Shown in pieces: positions 13,685 through 27,545 of a stretch of 64,000 nt of DNA. The DNA lies in contig NW_002060956.1 of assembly GCF_000150275.1 (NCBI RefSeq), positions 1,796,280 through 1,860,279 of the forward strand, read 5' to 3'. The DNA comes from Trichoplax adhaerens (taxonomy: Eukaryota > Animalia > Placozoa). The position numbers and the translations under genes were made by a program. The notes beneath the pieces were generated by a model. That model made no database searches. It saw nothing but the letters and a program-made list of their open reading frames with translations, and was not told the DNA's origin. Numbering within the stretch: position 1 is the stretch's first letter; every line of letters starts with the position of its first letter.

Positions 13685-14570
13685 GTCATGTTTAATGAAC
13701 ATTTTCTATCGCTTCCGTCCGTTTCAAGAGCTGCATTCAATGTTATATTATTACCAAATACCAGTGAAACTTTTGATCTTGATCCAGTCGGGGAAGGATT
13801 AGTAGCCTAAATCTTCAAATCGCCATTTAATTTTGCATACTGTTACATTTGCTACTGTAAAAGCAGTATCCTATACTTTGCATCTACAAACCACACGAGT
13901 ATAGTAGATGGCCATCAGTTATATTGTTTGTATAGCCATATTGCAGTGTATAAATCAGATTCATGATTTAGAAGCCCTTATCCGGTACAGAGCTGCATGA
14001 TGCATCCATTGTTGCATCATTGCTAGATACCAGTAAAATTTTTTACCTTCATCCTGATGGAGAAGGACTAGTAAGGATGATCTTCAAATCGTAATCTACT
14101 TTTGTATACTGTAAAGTATACTGCAGTAAAAGCAGCATTCTATAGCTGCATCTTGTTACTATATATCAGATAATCAACGGTTACTTATACCATCATATTG
14201 AAAATACAGTATATAAAGTAGATTCTTGATTTTAAACCCCTATAATGAATTACTCGTTATTGGATTATAGAGTGATATAAGTCATGTTTAATGAGCACAT
14301 TCTATCTCTTACATCCATCCCAAAGCTGAATTCAATGTTATATCAATACCAACTGTCAATAGAAATTTTTGACTTTACTCCTGATGGGAAAGGATTAATA
14401 CGGAAGATCTTGAGATCATCATTTACTTAATACTCTATTCTATACTGTATATCCACTTACTATACGAGTATAGTAGATGATCATCAGTTATTTATACCGT
14501 CATATTGATAATGCAGTATATAAATTAGATTCTTAGCTTGAAAGCTCCTATAAAGTCACTCGGTATTAGA
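13685..14570. repeat. Degenerate tandem array, about 3 copies of a ~300-bp unit
   Basis: GTCATGTTTAATGA recurs at 13685 and 14281. A 'CCWGWYGG.GAAGGAYTA.TA...ATCTT'-like block and a 'CATATTG...CAGTATATAAA..AGATTC' block each occur three times. Confidence 0.7.
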
Positions 14571-15388
14571 TAAGGGTAAAATAAATTTAGGAAACGCGAA
14601 TACTGTACACCATACAGTGCAGTAGTCTGAACTATCTTTTATTATTTTTTAATGCATAGTCATAGAGTTAAAAGAAGAGATTATGGAATAGATGAACTTG
14701 AAATAGAACGCACAAATAAGACCAATGAAAACCAATATAGTGGAAGAAATTAGTATACTGATACTATAACATATCCACAAACCAATACAAATGCATAGAT
14801 TAAACCTTATTAGAAATCGTTATCCTAATTAGAGTGGTTAGACCAAATCAATGAGTTAAGTAACACAAGGCACACTCACGGTCAGATCCCACGAACTAAA
14901 TCATGGTATTATACGTCATTTATCTCTTTATTCCTAATACGATATTTCACAAAATTTATAATCGAGAATAGTGAAATACTGTTAAGCATATTATGATCTT
15001 ATCACGTAATTATGGCTACGATAATCGATGCAATTTTACACCTATTCCTTTTTAGTAGATTATCGATATAGCTACCGCTAAAATATCGCTTTAATGAAAC
15101 ATATTGATTTATAAAAAGTAACTCTAACAATCTCTCAATCAAAACACAGAAATGATACTGATGCGGTGTAAGTATGTACAATCATATCCATTGAAACTTT
15201 TATTACAGTTCGTACCGTAATTATTGCCAAGGATTTATTATGCTTGAGTAAGAAGTAGCGAAACCTTGTTTGTTCAGCTATCGTGTAATAAGAAGGATAG
15301 AATCTACACCTGCAATTATGGTGATTATAAGGATTTAAGTTAAATATAAGTGGTTATGGTCAAATTTATTAATTTAGCTCTTTCTTTA

Positions 15389-18300
15389 TCAAGGAAATCT
15401 TACATTCGTTCCTATTCTATTCATCATATTTTCATCAGGTGATAAGACCTCGACGATATATTGCAAGTTTTTGCTGTTGATCCAGCTAAAACTGTTATCG
15501 AATTTCAAGATATCTAGTAAAAGGCGTTTTATATGTAATATTAGTTAGAGTATTCCTTTGAAAATGTGATTTTATTTGGCATATATTTCAATATACCAAC
15601 TATTCAAGAAAACGAAGAATCATGCTATTAATTGAATTATAATGATCATAGCGACGAATTCGTCTTAACTTACGCAGTAAAGATTCACTTAATTTATAAA
15701 ATTTCCGAAATTAATTGGATTGTAAAATAGTTACATACATGTACCAGGATCTTCACAAACATAATCGCCTTCTTCTGCTACAAGTTGACAGTTGCGCCGG
15801 GTAACGGGAATCTTTAAAGTTATAATTTTTAAATGCAATTATTTAGCTACATGTAGGTTATTGATATTGTAAGTTGAAATTTAAGGCTTTTTGATCGGTA
15901 ATTCCTAACATACTTATCATATTAACTCACCACTTCATAGTATTCAACGGTTCCGTCTTCATTTTCGATTAATTTTATAACACCAAAAGCAATATTATGA
16001 TGATCTGTTTTGAATTCCCATCTGATTGATTACCAGGGTTAAATAAGGAATTATAATATTATTATGAGACCGCTAATCTTAGTATAATTAATTAGTCACT
16101 GAATAAAAACTGTTATTTATAAAATTTAAAAAACGATGAGTTAGTATAATCTTTTATTTTAAAGTCTATAGTACAGTCTTCAACGCCTCCTTAAGACGTC
16201 TATATCTAGTTACATAAATATTTAGCTAATGTACTATATCAAACTTACTTTATTAGTGTGCCAGGAGTTTCGATTTCGTATTTTAATTGTAAGCAATCTG
16301 CTCTAGCAATAACCACTGATGAATAGTCACCTAATGGACGCTCATTACTTTTGACTAACTCAGAATGATAGTACGATTCAGGAATTTTTCCTCCGTGTCC
16401 AACCTTGCCATTAATAACCAAAATATGTTGACATCACTTTCCTTGATTTAATATAATATTATTTATAATCAATTAAGAGTCAAGTATTGCAGGTACAAAC
16501 AATAGCTGAGCAATGTGGATCGCCATTTTCATCCACAAGATTACCCCCAAGGGCCTTGGGTATTGTATCTCTATCGACATATTCTAATAAAACTTGCTGA
16601 TAATTTGCTGAATAAAATCAGAGAAAATTTAAACTGATTAGATAATCTACCATTGATTACATAGTCACACTTGTCTGTAAAAGCAGAAGTTATGCCCAAA
16701 ATTAACAGTACATCCTAAAATCCGCATTTTATCTTTTGTTTTCTGACTAAGGAATGGCTTAATTACGGCAAACATGAAATAGAATATTCGAGGTGCTAAA
16801 AGGTGGATAACAATCAAATGTGTTAATCGGTTTAATAGAGTTACTTATCTGTATAATATCATAGATATCGTATTAAAAAAATAAAGAATTTTCCCATACC
16901 ACATTGTTAATTTACTTCATAGACGCAGTCACTTACCATTAACGATCAAGGCACGTTTCAAGAATTCTGGATAATTATCTTCGAATAATTGCATCACCTA
17001 GTAGACAGTTTTCTTTACTTATTAAGATGTTGATACAGTGACAGCTTCTATTTGTAACACGGATGCATCGACTGAGAAATAGCACAAGGTAATTAAAACT
17101 AACCTTAATAAAATGAGGTATAGCTTATAGTAAAAGGTAAAAAAGAACATTAATTGTCAAAAATAACCTAGTACAGATAGGATTGGTACTGGTTTCACAT
17201 GCTCTTATAGCTATGACTAACTTGGTCTATGAAAGTTACTTAAAGATAACTCATTCAAGTCTTGAATAACTGTTACACCTTCTATTCTCCTGCCAAGCTA
17301 AAAATAAATCAAATTATACGTACATAAATACATTTGTCTTGAGTTATCAGTAACGTAACAATACAGAGAAAATCTTCAATAATTGTATTTTCACTATTCA
17401 TCTATTAATCTAATTAGAAAATATCACTGTAAGCAATTTCAGCTAATAGAATGCAAAATTAACTTCAACTTCTTGTAGGCATATTAATAGGAAGAGATTT
17501 AATGCCTACTTGATTAGATTATTACCAATTTACTTTGCTCTCGACACCGTTGCATGCCTTCTTCTGTGTGGGACAGGGAATATTTGATCAATTCTTCCGG
17601 ACGAAAACAATTATGCATACCTAAATAGGGAATTTAACGTAATTAGTGAGTAATCAGCCCTTTTTCAGTTGAATAAAGACAAACTAGCCTATCCTTGTAG
17701 AATAGCATATCTAGATCATCTATTCTACAAGGTAATAATCCTTTCAATTACGCCTGCTACAGCTAAAAACTAATTAGTATGAGTATATCTCTGACCTTTA
17801 GGATCGAATCTGCCAAAGTTCACAAAGAATACTGGTGCCCCTTCTTTATCATTTCCTATATATCCCCCAGGATAGTATTTTCGCCAAAGCTATTTTTCAA
17901 ATAGGATCATAGAAAAGTAAAATGCATTATTTTTATTTTATGGTATTCAAATAATTATAGATTTTCATCATTATTTATATCAAGTTAGCTATCATAGATA
18001 GGTATAATGTTAGGATAAGGAAAGAAATGATATCAGTATGATGCAACAAAATACGAATCACCTCCGGAATATTGTCCTCTTTTACAAGCTTTTCAATTTT
18101 CCATTCCTTACGAAATCGACAATTCTGTAAAATCAAATCGTTTATGGTGATTTTGTCCTTGAGTTACTACTATCAACGACCTTAACTTATTTATAACTGC
18201 AAAATTTACCCGTCTGAGCATTTGCTCTGATTTTTGTAAGTCAAAATCCCGAGCTGATAGTAAAAATAAAAGAAGAAATACTAAGTACATCGATCCGTAA

Positions 18301-18980
18301 AATCTGTGCTAATAATTTTAATAAACGTTAAAGTACCGTCGATGATCGTTTTCACACTTTATTAAATTTACTGCCTCATTTACAAAATATATGCTATAAT
18401 AGTTTTCAATAGTACTATTACTATTATTGCATCAATTTCATTTTTATAGCCTTTAGATTGCATTAATACTCACCTCTAAGCCATCTTAGCAAGAAATAAT
18501 CATCACTAAGTTCTTCCTGTGGTAGGATATTGGCTACATTGTTGCGAAGCTACTCAAATTACGTTTGTAGAGAAAGTGATGTTAAATTAGTAATGTGGTA
18601 CTAAAGAAATCAACAAAGCCTCAAATAAAAGGAAATATGACATCGATGAAACAGCAATTGGATAGGTAAGGCACTCTAATTAAGCTTCGTCTCCGGTAAT
18701 TAACGTCTCGAAATAGCTTATTACGGTAGTAAATTGCTACTCAGTACATCTCAAATTAGTTTACAGATCATATCGACAACGACGTTATTACATGTAGGAA
18801 TTTACTACTAAAACTCTGTTGTGTTACCAATGTTAATTACATCTTATATGAATGAAATTCAACCTAGAACGTATGTATTTTAAGATAAATAGAATTCTAA
18901 GCATTTTCATGACCTAATAATCTTACTTGATTTAAGGCTTTTTGCTGTTCTAAGCTTAAATCTCCCACATGACCACTCAT
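15389..18980 (-). CDS. SEC14L2: SEC14-like lipid-binding protein (CRAL-TRIO + GOLD), paralog 3 (most divergent)
   Basis: Starts MSGHVGDLSLEQQKALNQ (18927-18980); exon 18474-18549 encodes DDYFLLRWLR; 20-nt exon at 17104-17123. Motifs FEDNYPEFLKR, GGNLVDENGDPHC, WEFKTDHHNIAFG and YILKFDNSFSW. Stop TGA at 15389, or a spliced GTG TAG end at 15304. Confidence 0.92.
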
Positions 18981-21900
18981 CTTGATAGTCCGGAAACTGT
19001 TTAATAGAGAAAGAAGGATTACAAAATCATTTCATTTTGTGGATTATACTGTAATAGGTCTTGTATTTGAGCTATTTTGATGACTTTAATATCAAACACG
19101 ATAATTTGTTGACATTATTAACTAGATACACCTCGAAGGTAAGACAACATATTGGTCGAAAATAATGATAAGTCATGAACTATTCAGGCTAAAGCTATAA
19201 GGTTACTAAACTATACGAAAGCAAAAGTCCGTCGTAGCTAGAAATAGTACTGTACGCTATAGAGACAAAATTTTGATAATTGAACCAGTTTAAAGATCGT
19301 TCATGATACTAGCAAGTTGAAATACTTGCAAGTCAAAAATCTTTGAATTAAGTTAGATATCAGAGGTTAGGTAACTTAATGTTTCGCTTGATGATCATCA
19401 TTAACTTGCATAGGTCTTATCAATAAAATTAATTGTAGGCACACAGCTTAACAATCCCTTTATCTGTAGTAATAGCAGAATAAAACCTATAACTTATTGC
19501 ACGTCATATCTTATTCTTTCAATTGCTTTTTTAGTATTAAAATAATTACTGCTAAATTGTGATAACCTTTATACACTTTACAATGATAAAGAGTGGATTA
19601 TCAAAGGAAAACACAGGCAAATGCTGATACTATCTATTAATTTTGCCAGATAGAACGCTAACAATATTGATCTTCGCATAGGATATAAATGCTACGGGGC
19701 TATTATTACATTATTTACAGTAGATACTAAAAGAAAATATTATCCCATTTAATTAAGGATTCGTAATTATTGAAGGTGCATTTTATGTTATTGCAAAGTT
19801 CCGAAAAAGTGTTCCTATTTACCAACCGTAACAGAGAAATAACTATGGCAAGAATGTTACTAGTCACTTTAATAACCTTTACGTATAAAAAGTAACTAAA
19901 GTCCGTGGTCGTAATAAGCATCCAAATAATTTACATAAAATTTATGATTCAAATCTAGCTTGATAATAGCTAATGTCAAAATAATATTTTACTTACGTTA
20001 TTCCTTGATCAATAATATCACAAAATGACAGTAATGAAAAAAAGATTCGATAGAAATATTGTAATATTCCTTTCGGAGTAAATTAAATAAACTCGCTGAA
20101 GCTTCACTTAGCAAAGTTTAATTACTAATTGGCCTACAGCAGTCGTCTCCTTAAAATTACACTAGATTTCATATTAAATCCATTACACTGGCATTGTTTC
20201 TGAATATAATATGCTCTTGTTCTAACTGCAGCACCGTATTTGCTCTAGACTTGGACATTGTATTATAGTCGTATAGTATTCCATACATTTGGAGAGGGCA
20301 TAGCATTAGTAAAAAGACAATGTATCTCTATGGATACAACTCAATCATGGACTACTACGTCTATAGACTTCGATATTTCTTAGTCAATTCGGTGATTATT
20401 TACGTGCAAGGAAGGGGTCGTTAGAATCTGAACGTTTAAAAAATCGGACTGAAGGGAAATAAAGATATTTAATATAGCTTATATAGTAGTTGTAGCCTAA
20501 AATATTTCCTGATTAACACTACTGTATTTGCTAGACATGCAAAGGAGAACGACAAGTAATTTATTCTATAGGGATAGAAAGAATGCAATTTTAGTACAAT
20601 TGTAGTTGCCCTATTTGCGGCTTCAATAAGAAACATTAATGTCCTTATTCAAGGACTTGTACTTGTTGACTGTCGCTATACATTGAAATGTCTTTACCGA
20701 TTCTGCTGCTAAATTTTCAATAGTCTTAGTACATATCGTATTCTGTATAATTGGAAGATTAGTTTTACATTTTGATGGTAGAAGTAGATATAATTATAGT
20801 ATAGTTAATCAATGTTGATCATGGCACTAACACAGAACAGAGCACTTTGTATTCGTCATATTTTTAGGCTTTCATCAGCGAAATAGCCATCGAAATATAT
20901 CTATAATGTAGCCACTACATTTGATAAATATACTCGCAAATGGTATATAAATCTAATTCTAGCTCTAATCTAATTTGCTAAAGTCCGTTTCTAGAAAGTT
21001 ATATTAATGATAGTCTACTAGCAATTACATTTATTTCTGTGAGTATCCAGTTTAATTGTTACATGCATATTCTAATTTATCTTTATACAACGGATTAATT
21101 TATCGGTTACAGCAGACAGTACCGGTAAAAATCCTATACTCATACTGTAAGACATTCTAATTAGGTATATTAAGTTTACTTGAATAACGGAAGTAAGGTA
21201 TAGGTCTGATAAAGCTTCACGAAACATTAGATTAATATTTTTTCTTAAGGGTAACTTATAATGCTATTCATTGAGATGAATTGCCTTAGTGCTCGATTAA
21301 CACCTGGTATAAAAAATCATTTGCACTTTCGTACAGTTTTTGTAATATCAAGATAAGATTTCGTAATTCATACCGAATCATGTATACAACGCTCATTATT
21401 ATTAATTTCTCATCGCGGTATTATGGGAATGTGTAATTGTAGACCAATGTAGTTTGATATACGAATATTATGTCAGAAATAAGTCTATTATCTAGAATGC
21501 TACGGCACTAGACGGTCATTCCGCAAAAAGCATTGGATTTTCTAAGCTGGATTTTTTTAAATGGGAGCAAAGCTCTACTGTATTTGGATTATGTATGTCT
21601 GCTCTTCGTATTCATTTTATTCAGTAACCTCGAATTAATGGTTTACGGTAAAAAACACGCAGATTAAGGCTACATACTAGCCTAAGACACAAGGACTAAC
21701 CTAGTATTCTGCATGGAATAGACAAATGATACTATATATTTCCGATATCGATAATTGCACCTAACCTACTTAAATCCTCAGTATAGTAATGAAGAATAAC
21801 CTGCTGCAAATATGAAGATGAACCGAACTATTCCTTTTCTTCATAAGTTTATCCTTTCTAGGCGTAACTTCCTAAGCTTACTATTCTCATTTTAAGTGAG

Positions 21901-22757
21901 AAAAATTTTTAATTACAATACCATTATTATTTGGGAAGCAAATTCTTGCATTTGAATATTAAATCTATCCCTCTCTCGCCTTAAGTCCGTATACGTATAT
22001 GTTGTCAATTTTTAAAACTAATAGCATGATTTTTAATTTTTGCTATAGCTCATCGTATAAATTCCAAGTTAGAAACAGATCTTATACGCAATCATGGCGT
22101 ACGAGTTTAAATTCGTATTTACACTTATATAGAGGTGTGCACGAGGTATATTCTAGGCAGAAATATACAGTTTTCTACCATACATTTTCAGCGAATTCAT
22201 TCAGATTAGAATCTTGATTTAAATAGATGGCATTACTCTGATTGCTTAAGCAAGATACAGGTGTGAGTTTAAATAGCAATCGTTACTTATAGAGTTGTAT
22301 ATGCTTCGATAGTTACCACTATTTCGAATAAGTGTTCGAATTCAGCATTATCGCGCATAATCATGATGACAATGTTTATTTATGTTTGTTTTCTCACCAG
22401 ACTTATATTGCATCTGAGTCATTATACGCGTATCGAATGGTAGGGAGCGTAAGAACTACGCCCTCAGACGATTCTTAATACTCTTTACCATATGTTGTAA
22501 ATACGTGTCGTTTCTCACGCAAAAGTTATTGTAGTCAATGGCCAAGTATTCACTCGTCTTCCGAATCAATTAATTCAATGAATCGGATATAATTCGCCAA
22601 GCCAGAGCATATCAGAAACTTTGAATATGCTTTCGATAGATTAATGTAGCAAAATTAGAACATAGGATACTAGTTGAAACGACCTTAGCATATTAAAGTT
22701 CGTGGGTTAAATAACGCGGTGGATTGCAAAAATTTTTTTCGGTCAGATTGAAGCAGA

Positions 22758-25700
22758 ATGAGTGAAAGTAAGTTATAAAATAATATTTGTTTGTAAAACT
22801 TTTATACTAAATACAGTCTTTCATAGCTATTTCAGTTCGAAGGATTCTAAAGTCTTAATTGATTTATCGCTATATCTTTTTAATTTCTCATTGATTTAGT
22901 CAATAATTAATGTCACTGATAGCGTCAGATTAAATGGATATCATTAAATAGCCTTCTGCCTATCATTCATACAGTCAAAGAGTAATGCTGATGGCAACTT
23001 TACTAGAAAATGCTATTTTATAGATATCGCCTACTTAAACAGAAGTTTCTAAATATAAATCGTCTCTTACCTATTAATACGCATCTATCATATTATGCTA
23101 CAAGGAACAAGGACTTCATCAGGAACTCTGACCATGAATAACCGTGAGTTAGACTAGCATGGCATTATAGATAAGATTTTAATATTTTTCGAAGTATGTT
23201 GGTAGTGAAGAGCATTTATCACCGTACTTATATTCTTAGGCGCAAGAACATTATCTGCCACCTTAAACACCAATAATCGTAAGCTAGGACAGCAGAATGC
23301 TGGCGATGTAGTCTATCATGCAGCCAAAACTAAAAATGAGCAATTATTGGCTCAGTTAAAGAAAAACATTGATGCTCCTCTGACGGTAATTTAAAGGAAT
23401 CAAGAATTGAATTGCCTAAACGTTGAACTATCCAATTTACTTTTATTTTTTACATTTAGATACATAACTGATAAAAATATTTTCAATCAGCATGATTGCT
23501 ATAAATAAATGTCTGGATTGATAGCATAGCTTTTGCGGGTAAAAATAGGAAGCAGACTACTCTAAACTAATGCTATTCTTATTAAATTAATGTTAACGAT
23601 ATCACAAGAATGAGGATAGAATACGATTTAAGGAGAGTTCTACCTTTCAATCCATACATGATGGTGATGCAAATACGCTTCGTCTACTTTTAAAGTATGG
23701 GGCAAATCCGAATTATTGCAATGTTAGTAAAAGAGATAATGAAATTGTCTAATCAAATAATTAAAATAATACTGGTAGTGATCGGCTTGGGTATTAATTT
23801 ATACAAGATAGGTCATAAGTAGTTGTTATCCTATTCATAATAGACTCTTTAAGATGTTGGTGATATTGTGATTGATTTATCGTATCTTTTGTAGACGTGG
23901 CTTTGCACTCCTGTCCATCGTGCAGCTTTAATTGGATCCGTGGAAATGTTAAAGATGTTATATGAAGCTAATGGTGATTTAAATTCCCTTGTAGACGTAA
24001 GTAATATCAATTACAGTGGTTTCGAAATCAATTTATTCGATTAATCAATTAGATTATTGTACCTTACGATTTGTACTTAACTGATATATTGCCTATTATC
24101 TGAATTGAAATCTATAGATCAAGTGTTCACCTTTGCATTATGCAGCACGTCGTAAAGAATCTATTGCTGTTGAATGGTTAATTAAGAACAAAGTAGATAT
24201 AAACCAAAGGGACGATGTACGTTGAGAAGCTATTTTATTCATTATAAGCAACCGAGCAAATATAATAATTTATAATATTGAATTAGAGTATTTTGTTGGC
24301 TTTGACACATTTTTTAGAGAGGACGTTGTGCCATTCATCATGCAATAGAAATAGGAATGGTGGAACCACTAAAGGTCCTTCTTAAGTACGGAGCACGAAC
24401 AGATATCGCTAATAATGTTAGTATTCTTATAAAACATAGATTGCTATCGTCACTTTCATTATTATTCTGACATCAGCTACCAACTAGCTAATGAATACTA
24501 CTGTTTCTATTCTGTAGGAAAATAAAGTACCAATTTTATATGCAATCGCCCATGATAGAGGAGACTGCCTTAAAGTTCTTCTTAAACACTGTAAAGATAT
24601 TAATCAGTGTTATGATGTAAGTAAAACGCTGAATATAAATCTATAAAAATCAAATAGTTTAATATATACATCTGCAGAGGAAATTAAGTCAGATCATTTT
24701 CTAAACTAAGCTATTTATCTCAAGACAGCCTTGATTTCTCGTTTCTACCATAATCTCTAGAATTTTGGCACAGCATTACATTATGCTGTTCGATGTAAAA
24801 AACCAAGATGTGTCGAAGTTTTATTACAATTTAACGTGGATATTTATGCAATAAATAAGGTAAACCATCAAACATTTCCGATATGAAAAGCATAACTTTC
24901 ATTTGAAAATCTTGTCACGGCTTCAGGATAATATCTTTTTTAACGAGAATTGAGACTACAATTTTACTACGTAGTAGATACTCTTTAGTTAGTTCGATGG
25001 TTATTATTATGATTTATCAATAAGTAATGCTTTAAATAACAGCATCCAGCTAGATACATTTCTACCTTAGCGTTTTAAACGTAAAATATAGCTATGTCAT
25101 ATCAATAAGAGTGGCAATCCTTATCAATTACTATACTTCAGGCACGGCTGCCTAAGTTTATGTTAATCTATCAAGTACATTAGCTCATTAAGTATTGTTG
25201 ACCGTCATTGCTGTATTAAAATACCAATTACGTGTGAGTTCTCGAAGCCGCTACTGTTGACATGTAATACTACCAAGGTTCTGATAAACGAAGACTGTTA
25301 CGTAATTGATCTTATTTTTAACACTGACTTTTTTCAAATGTTAACATGTCTAGTATAAAGACAATATTCATGATTACTTTAAATTATCAATTTCTTGTTG
25401 TTTGACATTATATATTATCCAAGTTTGTAAATTCGTAATTATTATACAAAGTTATTATTGCTACATTTGATAATGTGCTACGTGGTAAGTAAAGCTGAAT
25501 ACAATGCTAATTTATTCTCTCTTACGATTACAACATATTTACAGGCCAATGAAACATCAATTGATGTAGCAGCTAAGGTCAATTCGGTAACCATACAGGA
25601 AATTTTAAGACTAACTATAGAGAAGGTCAGATAGGATTTTAATCTCTCCATTTTTTATATATACTTAATCTATCTATGCGTTGATTTGTTAGCAATATTA

Positions 25701-26779
25701 AAATTAAGTAGACAATAAAATAGAGGAATAGAGAAAGAATAAGAAACATTCTTACATTATTTGATCAATATAAATGTTTTAAAATAGTTCGAAATAAGTA
25801 GATACCTTATAGCTAGTCTGTGAGTAAAAGTGAAGTAATTATAATACATTATGATCTAGCTGGAAAACAGATAATTCTAGAAATAATATGTTATGATTTA
25901 TACACATAGAAATTAAATGGAGATGATAATAAAATCAGCAGCGAAATTGAAGGTATTGCAAAAAAGTTATCTACTTTGACCGTACAAGTCAATAACTTGG
26001 AAAACAGCATCGACGATAAAATTTCAACTGGTATTTGTTATTATTCAGCTTCATTGGATTCATTAAGTAATCTTATTGATGATTTAACAATCGAAAATAA
26101 GAGACGCGATGAAGATATTGATATAGTTAGTCAAACGCAGGATAGCATGAGCAAATACATGCAAGATCTATCACAAAATACTAAAAATTATATCGAACAA
26201 AGTACAAGTAATTTTGAAATGGCTCACAATGATTTGCTCAGCCAAGTAGATAATTTCAATCGAAAACAGGCAGTGATTGCAAAAAAGTTGGAGTCTACTT
26301 GTTCGGAATATGGTAAATTAAGAGACGATGTACAAGATAAATCTTTAGAATTGGTTGCTGAACAGCAAATACATCGAGAGCATATCGAAAGGCTACAAGG
26401 AGGTGTCCAAGCGTTAACTGAAAGTTTAAAACAAGTCTTTGAAGATTTGCAACAGTTGCAGCAGCAAAGACAATTAGAATGGAGTAGCGAATTAATGACT
26501 CTTGGCCGCAATCCAAAAATACATGATCCAGATCGAATACAGAATGAACGAATACAAGGGACTCTTAATTCTATTTCTGATAATTCTAAAATGATGTCAG
26601 AAGCAATTAAACTTCTCAAAGATGAACAACAGCGGTTATCAGATCACCAAAAGTTTAATGATCGAAATCAACATACTAATAACAACAATGATAACACAAA
26701 ATCGTTTATATTAATTATTGTGGTAGGTATTTTAATATCCATGCTACTTCAGGTATGGCAGAATATGATAAGAAAGTAG
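22758..26779 (+). CDS. Ankyrin-repeat protein with long coiled coil and C-terminal transmembrane helix (tail-anchored); 11 exons, about 585 aa
   Basis: In-frame exons 22758-22767, 23105-23143, 23240-23385, 23609-23722, 23895-23996, 24118-24216, 24318-24416, 24518-24616, 24761-24859, 25545-25625 and 25910-26779. Ankyrin motifs TPVHRAA, SPLHYAA, AIHHAI, TALHYAV and LLKYGA. The last exon is Q/E/L-rich heptad sequence followed by SFILIIVVGILISMLLQVW-QNMIRK*. Confidence 0.85.
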
Positions 26780-27217
26780 CTAATTTAAATCATAGTATCA
26801 ATAACTATTAATGTGACGAGTATCAATAATTACTATAATATTTGAATCTGTATCGATATTAATGGACAATTTCATATTGCATACTTGATATACTGCACTG
26901 TTATGCAAATTGATGTAAAGAAAGTCTGCCTATCAGTAAGGCTATTACTATATTATTCCACATATCTAAACTAGATTTATAATCGTATTTACTGTAATGT
27001 ATGGCTATAAATAAATAATTATTTCAGATGGTACTTGTATACGAAATTTATGTGTGGTATACGGCAAATTAGAATTCCAACGAAATACTAACATGTTACT
27101 AAAATTTATACAGATCGTCACTTGATATATAGTCTTATAATAGCATTTTCGTGTACTAGAAGAAATAGTTAAAATATTTTTATTACGATGAAAGTATGAG
27201 CTAGAGCATACTAACTA

Positions 27218-27545
27218 NNNNNNNNNNNNNNNNNNNNNNNNNNNNNNNNNNNNNNNNNNNNNNNNNNNNNNNNNNNNNNNNNNNNNNNNNNNNNNNNNNN
27301 NNNNNNNNNNNNNNNNNNNNNNNNNNNNNNNNNNNNNNNNNNNNNNNNNNNNNNNNNNNNNNNNNNNNNNNNNNNNNNNNNNNNNNNNNNNNNNNNNNNN
27401 NNNNNNNNNNNNNNNNNNNNNNNNNNNNNNNNNNNNNNNNNNNNNNNNNNNNNNNNNNNNNNNNNNNNNNNNNNNNNNNNNNNNNNNNNNNNNNNNNNNN
27501 NNNNNNNNNNNNNNNNNNNNNNNNNNNNNNNNNNNNNNNNNNNNN
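27218..27545. other. Assembly gap (328 N)
   Basis: Run of N characters. Confidence 1.

Noticed and set aside
26224-26619. Antisense ORFs over the coiled-coil exon
   Set aside because: Shadow frames of the real plus-strand exon. The same applies to 11535-11918, 28054-28308 and 37972-38214 over minus-strand genes.
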